Shown: positions 57,869 through 64,000 of the stretch, in pieces
Layout: each line of letters opens with the position of its first letter
Position numbering within the stretch: position 1 is the first letter of the stretch
Assembly: GCA_021325135.1 (NCBI GenBank)
Contig: JAJPHT010000015.1
Coordinates: forward strand, 160,001 to 224,000
From: Pseudomonadota bacterium
GTDB taxonomy: Archaea; Thermoplasmatota; SW-10-69-26; JACQPN01; JAJPHT01
Length of the DNA stretch: 64,000 nt
Reading direction: 5' to 3'
Translations under genes and position numbers: made by a program
Notes under the pieces: generated by a model
Told to the model about the DNA's origin: nothing
Database searches by the model: none
What the model saw: the letters and a program-made list of their open reading frames with translations, nothing else

Positions 57869-58390
57869 ATGGGACGCTGGACCGACGTGGGTCCTGGCGA
57901 GGCGCCGCCCGACGACCTCTACGCCCTCGTCGAGGTCGCGCAGGGGAGCCGCCTCAAGCACGAGGCCGACCTCGCCGCGGGCGTGCTGCGGCTCAGCCGC
58001 GTGCTGCCGCTGGGCCTCGCCTACCCCGTGAGCTACGGATGCCTGCCCGCCATCCCCGGCAAGGACGGCGACCCTCTCGACGTGCTCGTGCTCGCCAGCG
58101 CGCCGCTGCTGCCGGGGACGCTCGTGCGCGTGCGGCCCGTGGGGGAGCTTCGCCTGCGCGACGAAGGCGAGGACGACGCGAAGCTCCTGGGCGCCTGCCT
58201 GGGCGACCCCCTGACGAAGAGCTGGCGGCGCCTGGGCGACGTGGACGGGCGCCTGCTGGAGGGCGTCGCGGACTTCTTCCGCGTCTACAAGCGCGCCGAA
58301 GGGGAGCAGGACGAGGTGCGCGTCCTGGGCTGGCGCGACGAGGACGCCGCGCGCTCGCGGGTCGTGGAGGCGCTGGCCGCCCCCTTGTGA
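57869..58390 (+). CDS. ppa: Inorganic pyrophosphatase, family I
   Basis: YPVSYG, DGDPLDV, DEGEDDAK, FFRVYK. Confidence 0.88.
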   Translation: MGRWTDVGPGEAPPDDLYALVEVAQGSRLKHEADLAAGVLRLSRVLPLGLAYPVSYGCLPAIPGKDGDPLDVLVLASAPLLPGTLVRVRPVGELRLRDEGEDDAKLLGACLGDPLTKSWRRLGDVDGRLLEGVADFFRVYKRAEGEQDEVRVLGWRDEDAARSRVVEALAAPL

Positions 58391-58506
58391 GCCTCTCCGG
58401 GGGACCCTGAAGGCGGCTCTGCCGCGCGCCCCGGAGGGGCGAGGCTCCGGAGCCTCCAGGCTCTCCAAGGCTCCAGGCCATACCCGAGAAGCGCCTCAAG
58501 GGGGCC

Positions 58507-58818
58507 ATGATCCGGTGGGCCGCGAACGCCATCGACGCCGGCACCGCGGAGCGCCTCGTGGAGGACGAGGGCGCGCTCCTCCTGGACGTCCGCGAGGCGT
58601 ACCGCCGCGAGCGGTGGCCCGTGGGCGCGACGCTGCAACGGCCGCTGGGCCTCCTGCTCGCGGACGACAGCGGCCTGCCGCGCGACCGCGCGCTCCTCGT
58701 GGTCACGGAAGAAGGGGAGACCGCGCGCCTCGCCGCGGCCGTGCTCAAGGAGCGCGGCTACGAGGCCTACGCGGTGGAAGGGGGCGCCCTCGCCCTCGAC
58801 CCGCCAGGATCGTGGTGA
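58507..58818 (+). CDS. Single rhodanese-like domain, no catalytic Cys
   Basis: LLLDVRE, AAAVLKERGYEAYAVEGG. Confidence 0.7.
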   Translation: MIRWAANAIDAGTAERLVEDEGALLLDVREAYRRERWPVGATLQRPLGLLLADDSGLPRDRALLVVTEEGETARLAAAVLKERGYEAYAVEGGALALDPPGSW

Positions 58819-58834
58819 GGGCGCCGGGGCCCGC

Positions 58835-59074
58835 TCACTCGATGGGCGGGGGCGGCACGCAGAACTGGCAGGGGTAGTACATGCCGATCTCGCACCACTG
58901 CACATTGCCCCACTCGTTGTAGTGGGGGTGATAGCACAGCATGTAGGGGCAGGACGAGTCGTTGCCCAGGCTGTAGCTGCAGAAGCCGAGGTCGGGCCGC
59001 GCGCTGGCCGAGGGGACGAGCGCGATGGTGGCCGCCACGAGGACGAGGCCGAAGGCGAGGATCGAGACCTTCAT
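58835..59074 (-). CDS. Small secreted six-Cys protein (P2)
   Basis: Signal peptide ending ASA; C-x9-C-x4-C-x13-C-x7-C-x2-C; SD GAGGTG. Confidence 0.8.
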   Translation of the reverse strand: MKVSILAFGLVLVAATIALVPSASARPDLGFCSYSLGNDSSCPYMLCYHPHYNEWGNVQWCEIGMYYPCQFCVPPPPIE

Positions 59075-59083
59075 CCATCCACC

Positions 59084-59341
59084 TCAGGGGAGCACGGGGC
59101 CGGGGCCGCAGGTGAGGAGGTCGCAGGGCCCGTAGATGGGCGGGATGCCGTACTGGCAGTGGAAGCCCGTGCCGACGCCCCACGAGTAGCCGACGCAGAG
59201 CAGGTAGCCGCCGCAGTCGTAGGGGCCGGGGTCGTTGTGGAGCAGCGCCGAGCACCAGCCGAAGGCCGAGCCTTCGGGGGCCACGAGGGTGAGACCGGTG
59301 GCGGCGACGACGAGCGCGATGGCGATGGGGGCGATTCGCAT
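59084..59341 (-). CDS. Small secreted six-Cys protein (P1)
   Basis: Signal peptide ending GSA; C-x12-C-x5-C-x12-C-x10-C-x4-C; SD GGAGGT. Confidence 0.8.
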   Translation of the reverse strand: MRIAPIAIALVVAATGLTLVAPEGSAFGWCSALLHNDPGPYDCGGYLLCVGYSWGVGTGFHCQYGIPPIYGPCDLLTCGPGPVLP

Positions 59342-59394
59342 GGGGTTTGCAACCTCCGGTCGCGGCATGCCATTGAGGCGCATGGTCGTTTCGC
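59342..59394 (-). promoter_or_regulatory. Shared upstream motif of the six-Cys operons, copy B
   Basis: GCGAAA-N3-CCATG-N6-AATGGCAT, same offsets from ATG as copy A. Confidence 0.65.
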
Positions 59395-59421
59395 ATGCAG
59401 CCGGCGCGCTGCATCGACGGG

Positions 59422-59826
59422 TCAACGCAGGCGGCGTTCCCAGGGGCGGATGACCTCGGCCTCCCGCCGGTCGCTCACGTGGACCTGCGCCCAGCCGACG
59501 CGCCCCTGGAGGACGGCGTCGCGGATGGCCTGCTGCTCGGGCGAGAGGCGGCTGCTGGCGGCCTTGATCTCCACGAGGTAGACGGCGTCCTTCTCGAACT
59601 GCACGCCGTCCACGGGCTTGCCCAGGAAGCGGAAGCCGCCGGGGTCCTCGAAGGGCCAGCCGCGCATCCACGGCGCGAACTGCTCGGTGAGGTTGCCGTA
59701 CTTCGACGACTGGCTGCGCTTGGCCCGGCGGGCTTCGCGCAGCGCGCGCAGCGAGGCGAGCGCGACGAGCCAGCCGAGGGCAAGGAGGAGCACGAGAAGG
59801 AGAAGAAGGGCGTCGGGCACGTCCAC
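59422..59826 (-). CDS. Membrane-anchored Holliday-junction-resolvase-like endonuclease (Endonuc_Holl/PD-(D/E)xK)
   Basis: N-terminal TM; G..TEQFAP, RFLGKPVD.V.F, VEIK, LSPEQQAIRDAV..GRV. Confidence 0.82.
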   Translation of the reverse strand: MDVPDALLLLLVLLLALGWLVALASLRALREARRAKRSQSSKYGNLTEQFAPWMRGWPFEDPGGFRFLGKPVDGVQFEKDAVYLVEIKAASSRLSPEQQAIRDAVLQGRVGWAQVHVSDRREAEVIRPWERRLR

Positions 59827-59860
59827 GAGGGGGCGAGCCCGGCGCGGAGGATGAACCCGC

Positions 59861-60097
59861 CTAGATGGGGGACGGGCACGCGCCGGGGTCGCAGGGGATC
59901 AGCTGGACGCCGACCGTGCAGCCCTGGAAGTTCCCGTTGGCGTCGCGCTGGTCGCCGACGCACACGAGGTAGAAGCCGCAGTTGCCCGAGAGCGACGTGC
60001 AGGCCGCGACGCGGGCCTCCGCGGGCGCCGCGACGAGGAGCATGGCGCCCAGGAGCGCCAGGGAGACGAGGACGCGCGAGACGATCACGCGGCTCAC
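59861..60097 (-). CDS. Small secreted six-Cys protein (P5)
   Basis: GTG overlapping the P4 stop (alternative start 60088); signal peptide ending AEA; C-x6-C-x5-C-x13-C-x8-C-x4-C. Confidence 0.8.
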   Translation of the reverse strand: MSRVIVSRVLVSLALLGAMLLVAAPAEARVAACTSLSGNCGFYLVCVGDQRDANGNFQGCTVGVQLIPCDPGACPSPI

Positions 60098-60318
60098 TCC
60101 TGCGGGGGCGGGCACGGGTCGCAGGGCGAGGGCGCGGGGATGCCGTGCTCGCAGTGCGTGAGGTGGCCGTAGCTGGTCTGCGTGCCGACGCAGACGAGGT
60201 AGCCGTCGCAGTGGCCGGTGACCGCGTTGCACGTGCCCACGGCGTCGCCGCCGGGCATGGCGAGGGCGATGGCGGAGAGGGCGACGAGGGCGGAGAGGAC
60301 GAGGGTGGTGGTTCTCAT
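60094..60318 (-). CDS. Small secreted six-Cys protein (P4)
   Basis: Signal peptide ending GDA; C-x6-C-x5-C-x12-C-x9-C-x2-C. Confidence 0.8.
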   Translation of the reverse strand: MRTTTLVLSALVALSAIALAMPGGDAVGTCNAVTGHCDGYLVCVGTQTSYGHLTHCEHGIPAPSPCDPCPPPQE

Positions 60319-60341
60319 GATATCATTCCTGGGTTGCGGTC

Positions 60342-60593
60342 TCACTCGAGGGGCTTGCAGTATTGGCAGGGGTAGCCGTAGACGCCCCACTCGCAGCCGG
60401 TGACGCGGCCCTGGGAGTCGTACTGGGTGGGCTCCCAGCAGATGGTCCAGGGGCAGTGGTTGGCGTCGCCCGCGACGCCGACGCCCAGGGCGGTGCAGAA
60501 GGCGATGGGGTCGCTGGCGGAGCCGGCGGGCGCGACGAGCGTCGCCGCCGTGCCGGCGAGCAGAAGGGAGAGAACGAGGATCGTGGTGCGCAT
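60342..60593 (-). CDS. Small secreted six-Cys protein (P3)
   Basis: Signal peptide ending GSA; C-x13-C-x4-C-x14-C-x8-C-x2-C; SD GGAGG. Confidence 0.8.
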   Translation of the reverse strand: MRTTILVLSLLLAGTAATLVAPAGSASDPIAFCTALGVGVAGDANHCPWTICWEPTQYDSQGRVTGCEWGVYGYPCQYCKPLE

Positions 60594-60646
60594 GGGGGTT
60601 GTGCCTCCGCCGCGGGGAATGCCATTCCGTAACATGGCCCTTTCGC
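60594..60646 (-). promoter_or_regulatory. Shared upstream motif of the six-Cys operons, copy A
   Basis: GCGAAA-GGG-CCATG-TTACGG-AATGGCAT. Confidence 0.65.
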
Positions 60647-60700
60647 GTCACGGCAAGGGGCGAGCCGGACATGTCTGGGCGCAGCCGCCGGGGTGCGGCC

Positions 60701-61492
60701 TCACGCCAGCGCGACGGCGCGCCCCTCGGAGGTCCGGGGCGCGCCCAGGAGGTGCGCCCGCGCCTCGGGGCAGTCGCGCAGGAAGGCGCGCAGCGCGTCC
60801 TCAGCCCGCGACTCCTCCCCCTTGAAGCGCAGCGTGACGCGCCGCTCGCCGTGGTGCGGGTAGCTCCCGATCTCCACGTCGCCGAAGCGCTCCGCCACCG
60901 CGCCCAGCGCCGCAGCGAACGCCGCCTCCGCCATCTCCACCTCCGCCTCCACGAGGCCCACCTTGGCGCCGGCGGGCACGATGCGGCCCACGACGCCCTG
61001 CTCGAAGATGCCCACCAGCTCCGCCGGCACGCCGGGCATGACCACCAGCGCGGCCGCGCCCTCGCGCAGCACGTAGCCGGGCGCCGCGCCCACGGGGTTC
61101 TCCAGCACCTCGGCGCCCTCGGGCACGGTCACCATCTTGCGTGCGGCCTCGATGGCGTGCTGCGGCACGTTGCCGCGCTTGTTGTAGCGCTCCAGGAGGC
61201 GCTGCCAGGAGGGCTCATGCGCCACGAGGCGCCGCCCGAAGCGCGCCGCGATGGCCTCGGTGGTGCGGTCGTCGTGGGTGGGCCCCAGGCCGCCGCTCAC
61301 GAACACCACGTCGGCCAGCGGCAGCGCGTGGTCGATCTCCGCCGCGATGGCGTGCGCCTCGTCGGGCACCACGATGACGCGCCGGAGACGATGGCCCAAC
61401 TGGTGGAGCCGCTGCGCCAGGAAGTGCGCGTTCGCGTCGCGGGTGTGGCCTGCCAGGAGCTCGTCGCCCACCAGGATCACGGCGGCCTGCAC
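60701..61492 (-). CDS. CinA-like molybdopterin-binding (competence/damage-inducible) protein
   Basis: VGDELLAGHTRDAN, SGGLGPTHDDRT, NPVGAAPG, MPGVPAE, IGSYP. Confidence 0.9.
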   Translation of the reverse strand: MQAAVILVGDELLAGHTRDANAHFLAQRLHQLGHRLRRVIVVPDEAHAIAAEIDHALPLADVVFVSGGLGPTHDDRTTEAIAARFGRRLVAHEPSWQRLLERYNKRGNVPQHAIEAARKMVTVPEGAEVLENPVGAAPGYVLREGAAALVVMPGVPAELVGIFEQGVVGRIVPAGAKVGLVEAEVEMAEAAFAAALGAVAERFGDVEIGSYPHHGERRVTLRFKGEESRAEDALRAFLRDCPEARAHLLGAPRTSEGRAVALA

Positions 61493-61725
61493 GGAGGGGT
61501 GAACGAAGGGACACGAAAAAGGTGTTCCCCCTGTTGAAGGCGCAAATTGACGGGGCGCTCAAGGGGGCAATCCCATTCTACGTGCCTTCTTGTTTGTCGT
61601 CATAATTCGGACGCCGAGTATTTCTGTTATTTTGTCGTGAATCATCATTTTCTCAGAAAATACAATTGATGAATGTGGGGGAAAAGGATTAAACGTCGGT
61701 TTGCATTTTCTTTTGTGGGGCTGTA

Positions 61726-62037
61726 ATGTATTTCCTAAGGCCTATCTTTCTCACTTGCTTGCTCGTGATTGTGATCAGCCCCAGCCCTGCCGCCGCTACA
61801 GGGTGCTATGACCGTCCTCTGGGTGGGTCAATTTGGATTCCAGACCAGAATGGGCCTGCAGTCATCGGCACTTTCAAAGACTACTGGGGGTGCACCTATA
61901 CTGGAGAGGGTGTGAAAGATCCGAGTCTTGGATGCACGTCCTATGGTTGCGCCTACAACGGACGCTGGACTCAATCCGGATCTACGATGGACTCCGTGAT
62001 CGGAACGGTCGAGTACGTTCTGAACATGACACATTGA
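61726..62037 (+). CDS. Small secreted 4-Cys protein in a low-GC islet
   Basis: Signal peptide ending AAA, 4 mature Cys, AT-rich codon usage, TATA-like GATTAAA upstream. Confidence 0.6.
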   Translation: MYFLRPIFLTCLLVIVISPSPAAATGCYDRPLGGSIWIPDQNGPAVIGTFKDYWGCTYTGEGVKDPSLGCTSYGCAYNGRWTQSGSTMDSVIGTVEYVLNMTH

Positions 62038-62172
62038 GATTTGATCCGGACCTCGCTCTCAATGGGTATAGGATTGGACCGTGCGTCCAACACCCTATCC
62101 TCAAGCTTTATAAGCGGACTCGCCGCGTCAACCCTGCCCGAAGCGCGGAGGCAACGCCAGTTGGACAGCAGG

Positions 62173-62826
62173 ATGGTGAAGGCCGCAGCCGCAGCCGCCC
62201 TGGGGATCGTCCTTCTTCTGCCCACGTTCAACGCGCTGAACAACTCCTACGTCCAGAACGTGCCCCCGCCCCCGTGGGTCCCGACGCCCAGCACGATCCC
62301 GGACATCACGCCCCCCTCCGACTTCAAGCCCCCGCCGGACTTCAAGCCGCCCCCGGACTTCGACGCCTCGAAGTACAAGGGGCAGATCCCTCCGGGTGGC
62401 TGCCCTCCGCCCATCATCCAGGTGATCAAGGAGGCGACGTTCAACGACAGCATCACGCAGTCCAGCAACGGGCTGCTCCCCATCGGGAACCCCACCTCGT
62501 ACGACCTGGCGAGGGACTTCTCCCCGCCCAACGGCACCTACGCGATCATCGGGTTCGTCAATCTGACCCAGTGGGAGGGCACCAACTTCACGGCCACGGT
62601 GCACCAGCCCGGCGGTGGCTCGTGGAGCGGCTACGGCAACAACACCATGAGCCCGCCCCGCCAGGAAGACGAGTCCATCCTCTACAACTCCTACGAGGCC
62701 CTCGGGCACAAGCCCGCGCCCTCGGGGCAGTACACGCTCACGCTCCACGCGGACGCGCCCTTCGTGCAGGGCGACATCCGCAGCACGTTCTACTCCATCA
62801 TCCCCTGCGGAGGACTCCTCAAGTGA
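62173..62826 (+). CDS. Exported hypothetical protein with PP(S/P)DF(K/D) repeats
   Basis: N-terminal hydrophobic helix, three PPxDF repeats, beta-rich domain with 2 Cys. Confidence 0.75.
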   Translation: MVKAAAAAALGIVLLLPTFNALNNSYVQNVPPPPWVPTPSTIPDITPPSDFKPPPDFKPPPDFDASKYKGQIPPGGCPPPIIQVIKEATFNDSITQSSNGLLPIGNPTSYDLARDFSPPNGTYAIIGFVNLTQWEGTNFTATVHQPGGGSWSGYGNNTMSPPRQEDESILYNSYEALGHKPAPSGQYTLTLHADAPFVQGDIRSTFYSIIPCGGLLK

Positions 62827-63722
62827 TGCGCCTCGTCCTGAAGCCTGCCGGCGTGAAAGCCCTGTGGATCGGAGGCGGCGCCCTCGTGGGGCTCGCCGTG
62901 GGGGCGCTTATCGCGAACTTCGACGCGGCCGTGGGGCTCGCGCCGATCTGGCTGCTCCTCTGCGTGGCCTACGCGGGCGGCATCGGCTTCTTCCTGCGCG
63001 AGAAGGACGCGGCGCCCCGCGAGGCGGCCCGCGCCGCGGCGCCCGCCCCCGCGCCGGTCCGAGCCTCCGCGCGCCCCGCCCCCGCGCCGCTGCCGCGCGG
63101 CAACGGCCTCTCGGTCCTTCTCGACCTGCCCGACGTGCCCGAGGGCTTCCCCACGGTCATCGGCGAGCGCGAGACGGTGCGCGTCGTCGTCTCCGTCCAG
63201 ACCGTCTCCGGCCCCGCGACCGGCGCCGCGGTGCGCCTCGCCAGCGCGCCCCGCGACGGCGCGCGTGCCCTGGCGGGCGAGGGCGTCACGGGCGCGGACG
63301 GCACCGTCGCGTTCACGCTCCACGCTCCCGGAGTCGGCGAGCTTCTCCTCGACGCCGAGGCGAGCCTCGAAGGGCTCACGGGCTTCGCCAGCGCGACGGC
63401 CAGCGTCGTGCGCTACGAGGAGGAGATCGCGCGCCTCTTCGGCGAGTTCCGCTCCTTCGCCATCGGCCTGCTGGGCCCCGACGCCGAGGCGTGCACCGCC
63501 CGCGAATTGGCCGAGCGCCTGCGCGTGGGCTCCGACGCCGCCTCCGCGCGCGCCCTGCTGGAGCTGGCGCGCATCTACGAGCTTGTCGCCTACGGCGAGC
63601 GCGAGGCGGACCGCCGCCTCTACCTGGCGCTCATGCAGCAGCTCCTCGTGCTGGAGCGCGCCGACCTGCCGCAAGCGGGCGGCTCCCCGGGCGCCTCGCC
63701 CCCCGCGCTGACGGAGGTCTGA
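62826..63722 (+). CDS. Membrane protein with Ig-like domain and DUF4129-like C-terminus
   Basis: 2 TM helices; TARELAER..LARIYELVAYG; TGATG coupling to the upstream gene. Confidence 0.7.
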   Translation: MRLVLKPAGVKALWIGGGALVGLAVGALIANFDAAVGLAPIWLLLCVAYAGGIGFFLREKDAAPREAARAAAPAPAPVRASARPAPAPLPRGNGLSVLLDLPDVPEGFPTVIGERETVRVVVSVQTVSGPATGAAVRLASAPRDGARALAGEGVTGADGTVAFTLHAPGVGELLLDAEASLEGLTGFASATASVVRYEEEIARLFGEFRSFAIGLLGPDAEACTARELAERLRVGSDAASARALLELARIYELVAYGEREADRRLYLALMQQLLVLERADLPQAGGSPGASPPALTEV

Positions 63723-63761
63723 GCGCTGCTCGAGCCCCTGGTCCCTCCGCGTGCCGGCCGC

Positions 63762-64000
63762 ATGCTCAACCTCGCGGGCGCGGGCCTCTCCGCGTTCGCG
63801 TTCCTGCTCTCCACCACCGTGACCACGGTGAGCGGCGTCATCCCCGTCACCATCCTCGCGCCGCTCCTCGTCGTCGCCTTCGGCCTGCGCGTCGCGGGCA
63901 TCAGCCACGCCCTCTCCAACGGGCGCGCCGTCATGGCGTGGTCGCCGCGCGTCGCGTCGTGGGTCTTCTTCGGCGCCGCCGCGCTCCTCCTGGGCCTCTC
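63762..64000 (+). CDS. Membrane protein, N-terminal part (runs off the window)
   Basis: Own translation: MLNLAGAGLSAFAFLLSTTVTTVSGVIPVTILAPLLVVAFGL... Confidence 0.6.
   Translation, partial: MLNLAGAGLSAFAFLLSTTVTTVSGVIPVTILAPLLVVAFGLRVAGISHALSNGRAVMAWSPRVASWVFFGAAALLLGL

Noticed and set aside
58391-58500. Hairpin and short GGCTCC repeats between ppa and the rhodanese-like gene
   Set aside because: Imperfect and low-complexity; no second copy seen in the window, so it cannot be supported as an element
58835-60593. RiPP (lanthipeptide/sactipeptide/ranthipeptide) interpretation of the Cys peptides
   Set aside because: They carry Sec-type signal peptides, and no radical SAM, LanM/LanBC, YcaO or peptidase-ABC exporter gene is nearby; disulfides are the simpler explanation
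62310-62365. Tandem 18-nt repeat (CCCCCGCCGGACTTCAAG-like)
   Set aside because: In-frame coding repeat for a PPxDF(K/D) linker, not a separate DNA element

Overview
Very GC-rich archaeal chromosomal segment. The archaeal call rests on PCNA, TFS, primase large subunit PriL, archaeal-type TyrRS, uL11, split GMP synthase subunit B, DUF99 and DUF531. A Thermoplasmatota-like soil/sediment lineage is my inference, not a database result. About 65 genes: housekeeping genes, a thrB-thrC-ACT-hom operon, many secreted or lipoprotein hydrolases (2 BNR/sialidase-like, 2 CocE/S15, S53 peptidase, phosphoesterase), two large GAF/PAS histidine kinases, and a stand-alone receiver plus a stand-alone HPt gene. 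No rRNA, tRNA, CRISPR, transposase or integrase was recognised. Two things stand out. (1) A family of six small secreted proteins that each carry six Cys; five lie in two mini-operons at 58.8-60.6 kb that share an identically spaced upstream motif and flank a membrane-anchored PD-(D/E)xK nuclease gene. (2) Three independent micro-rearrangements (DUF99 5' end, tfs 3' end, hom 5' end) with the same layout: copy, hairpin cap, inverted copy, copy. They share short cap motifs (TCGCTTCGCTC, GGCC-TTCG/TTGC-GGCC) with the REP-like palindromes in the window. Also noted: a circularly permuted cupredoxin, a probable CTG start for thrC, a candidate C-rich sRNA, a leader-peptide/terminator upstream of a bacterial-type rsgA, and a G1/neprosin-like glutamic peptidase candidate. 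All family assignments come from motif recognition by eye; no searches were run.
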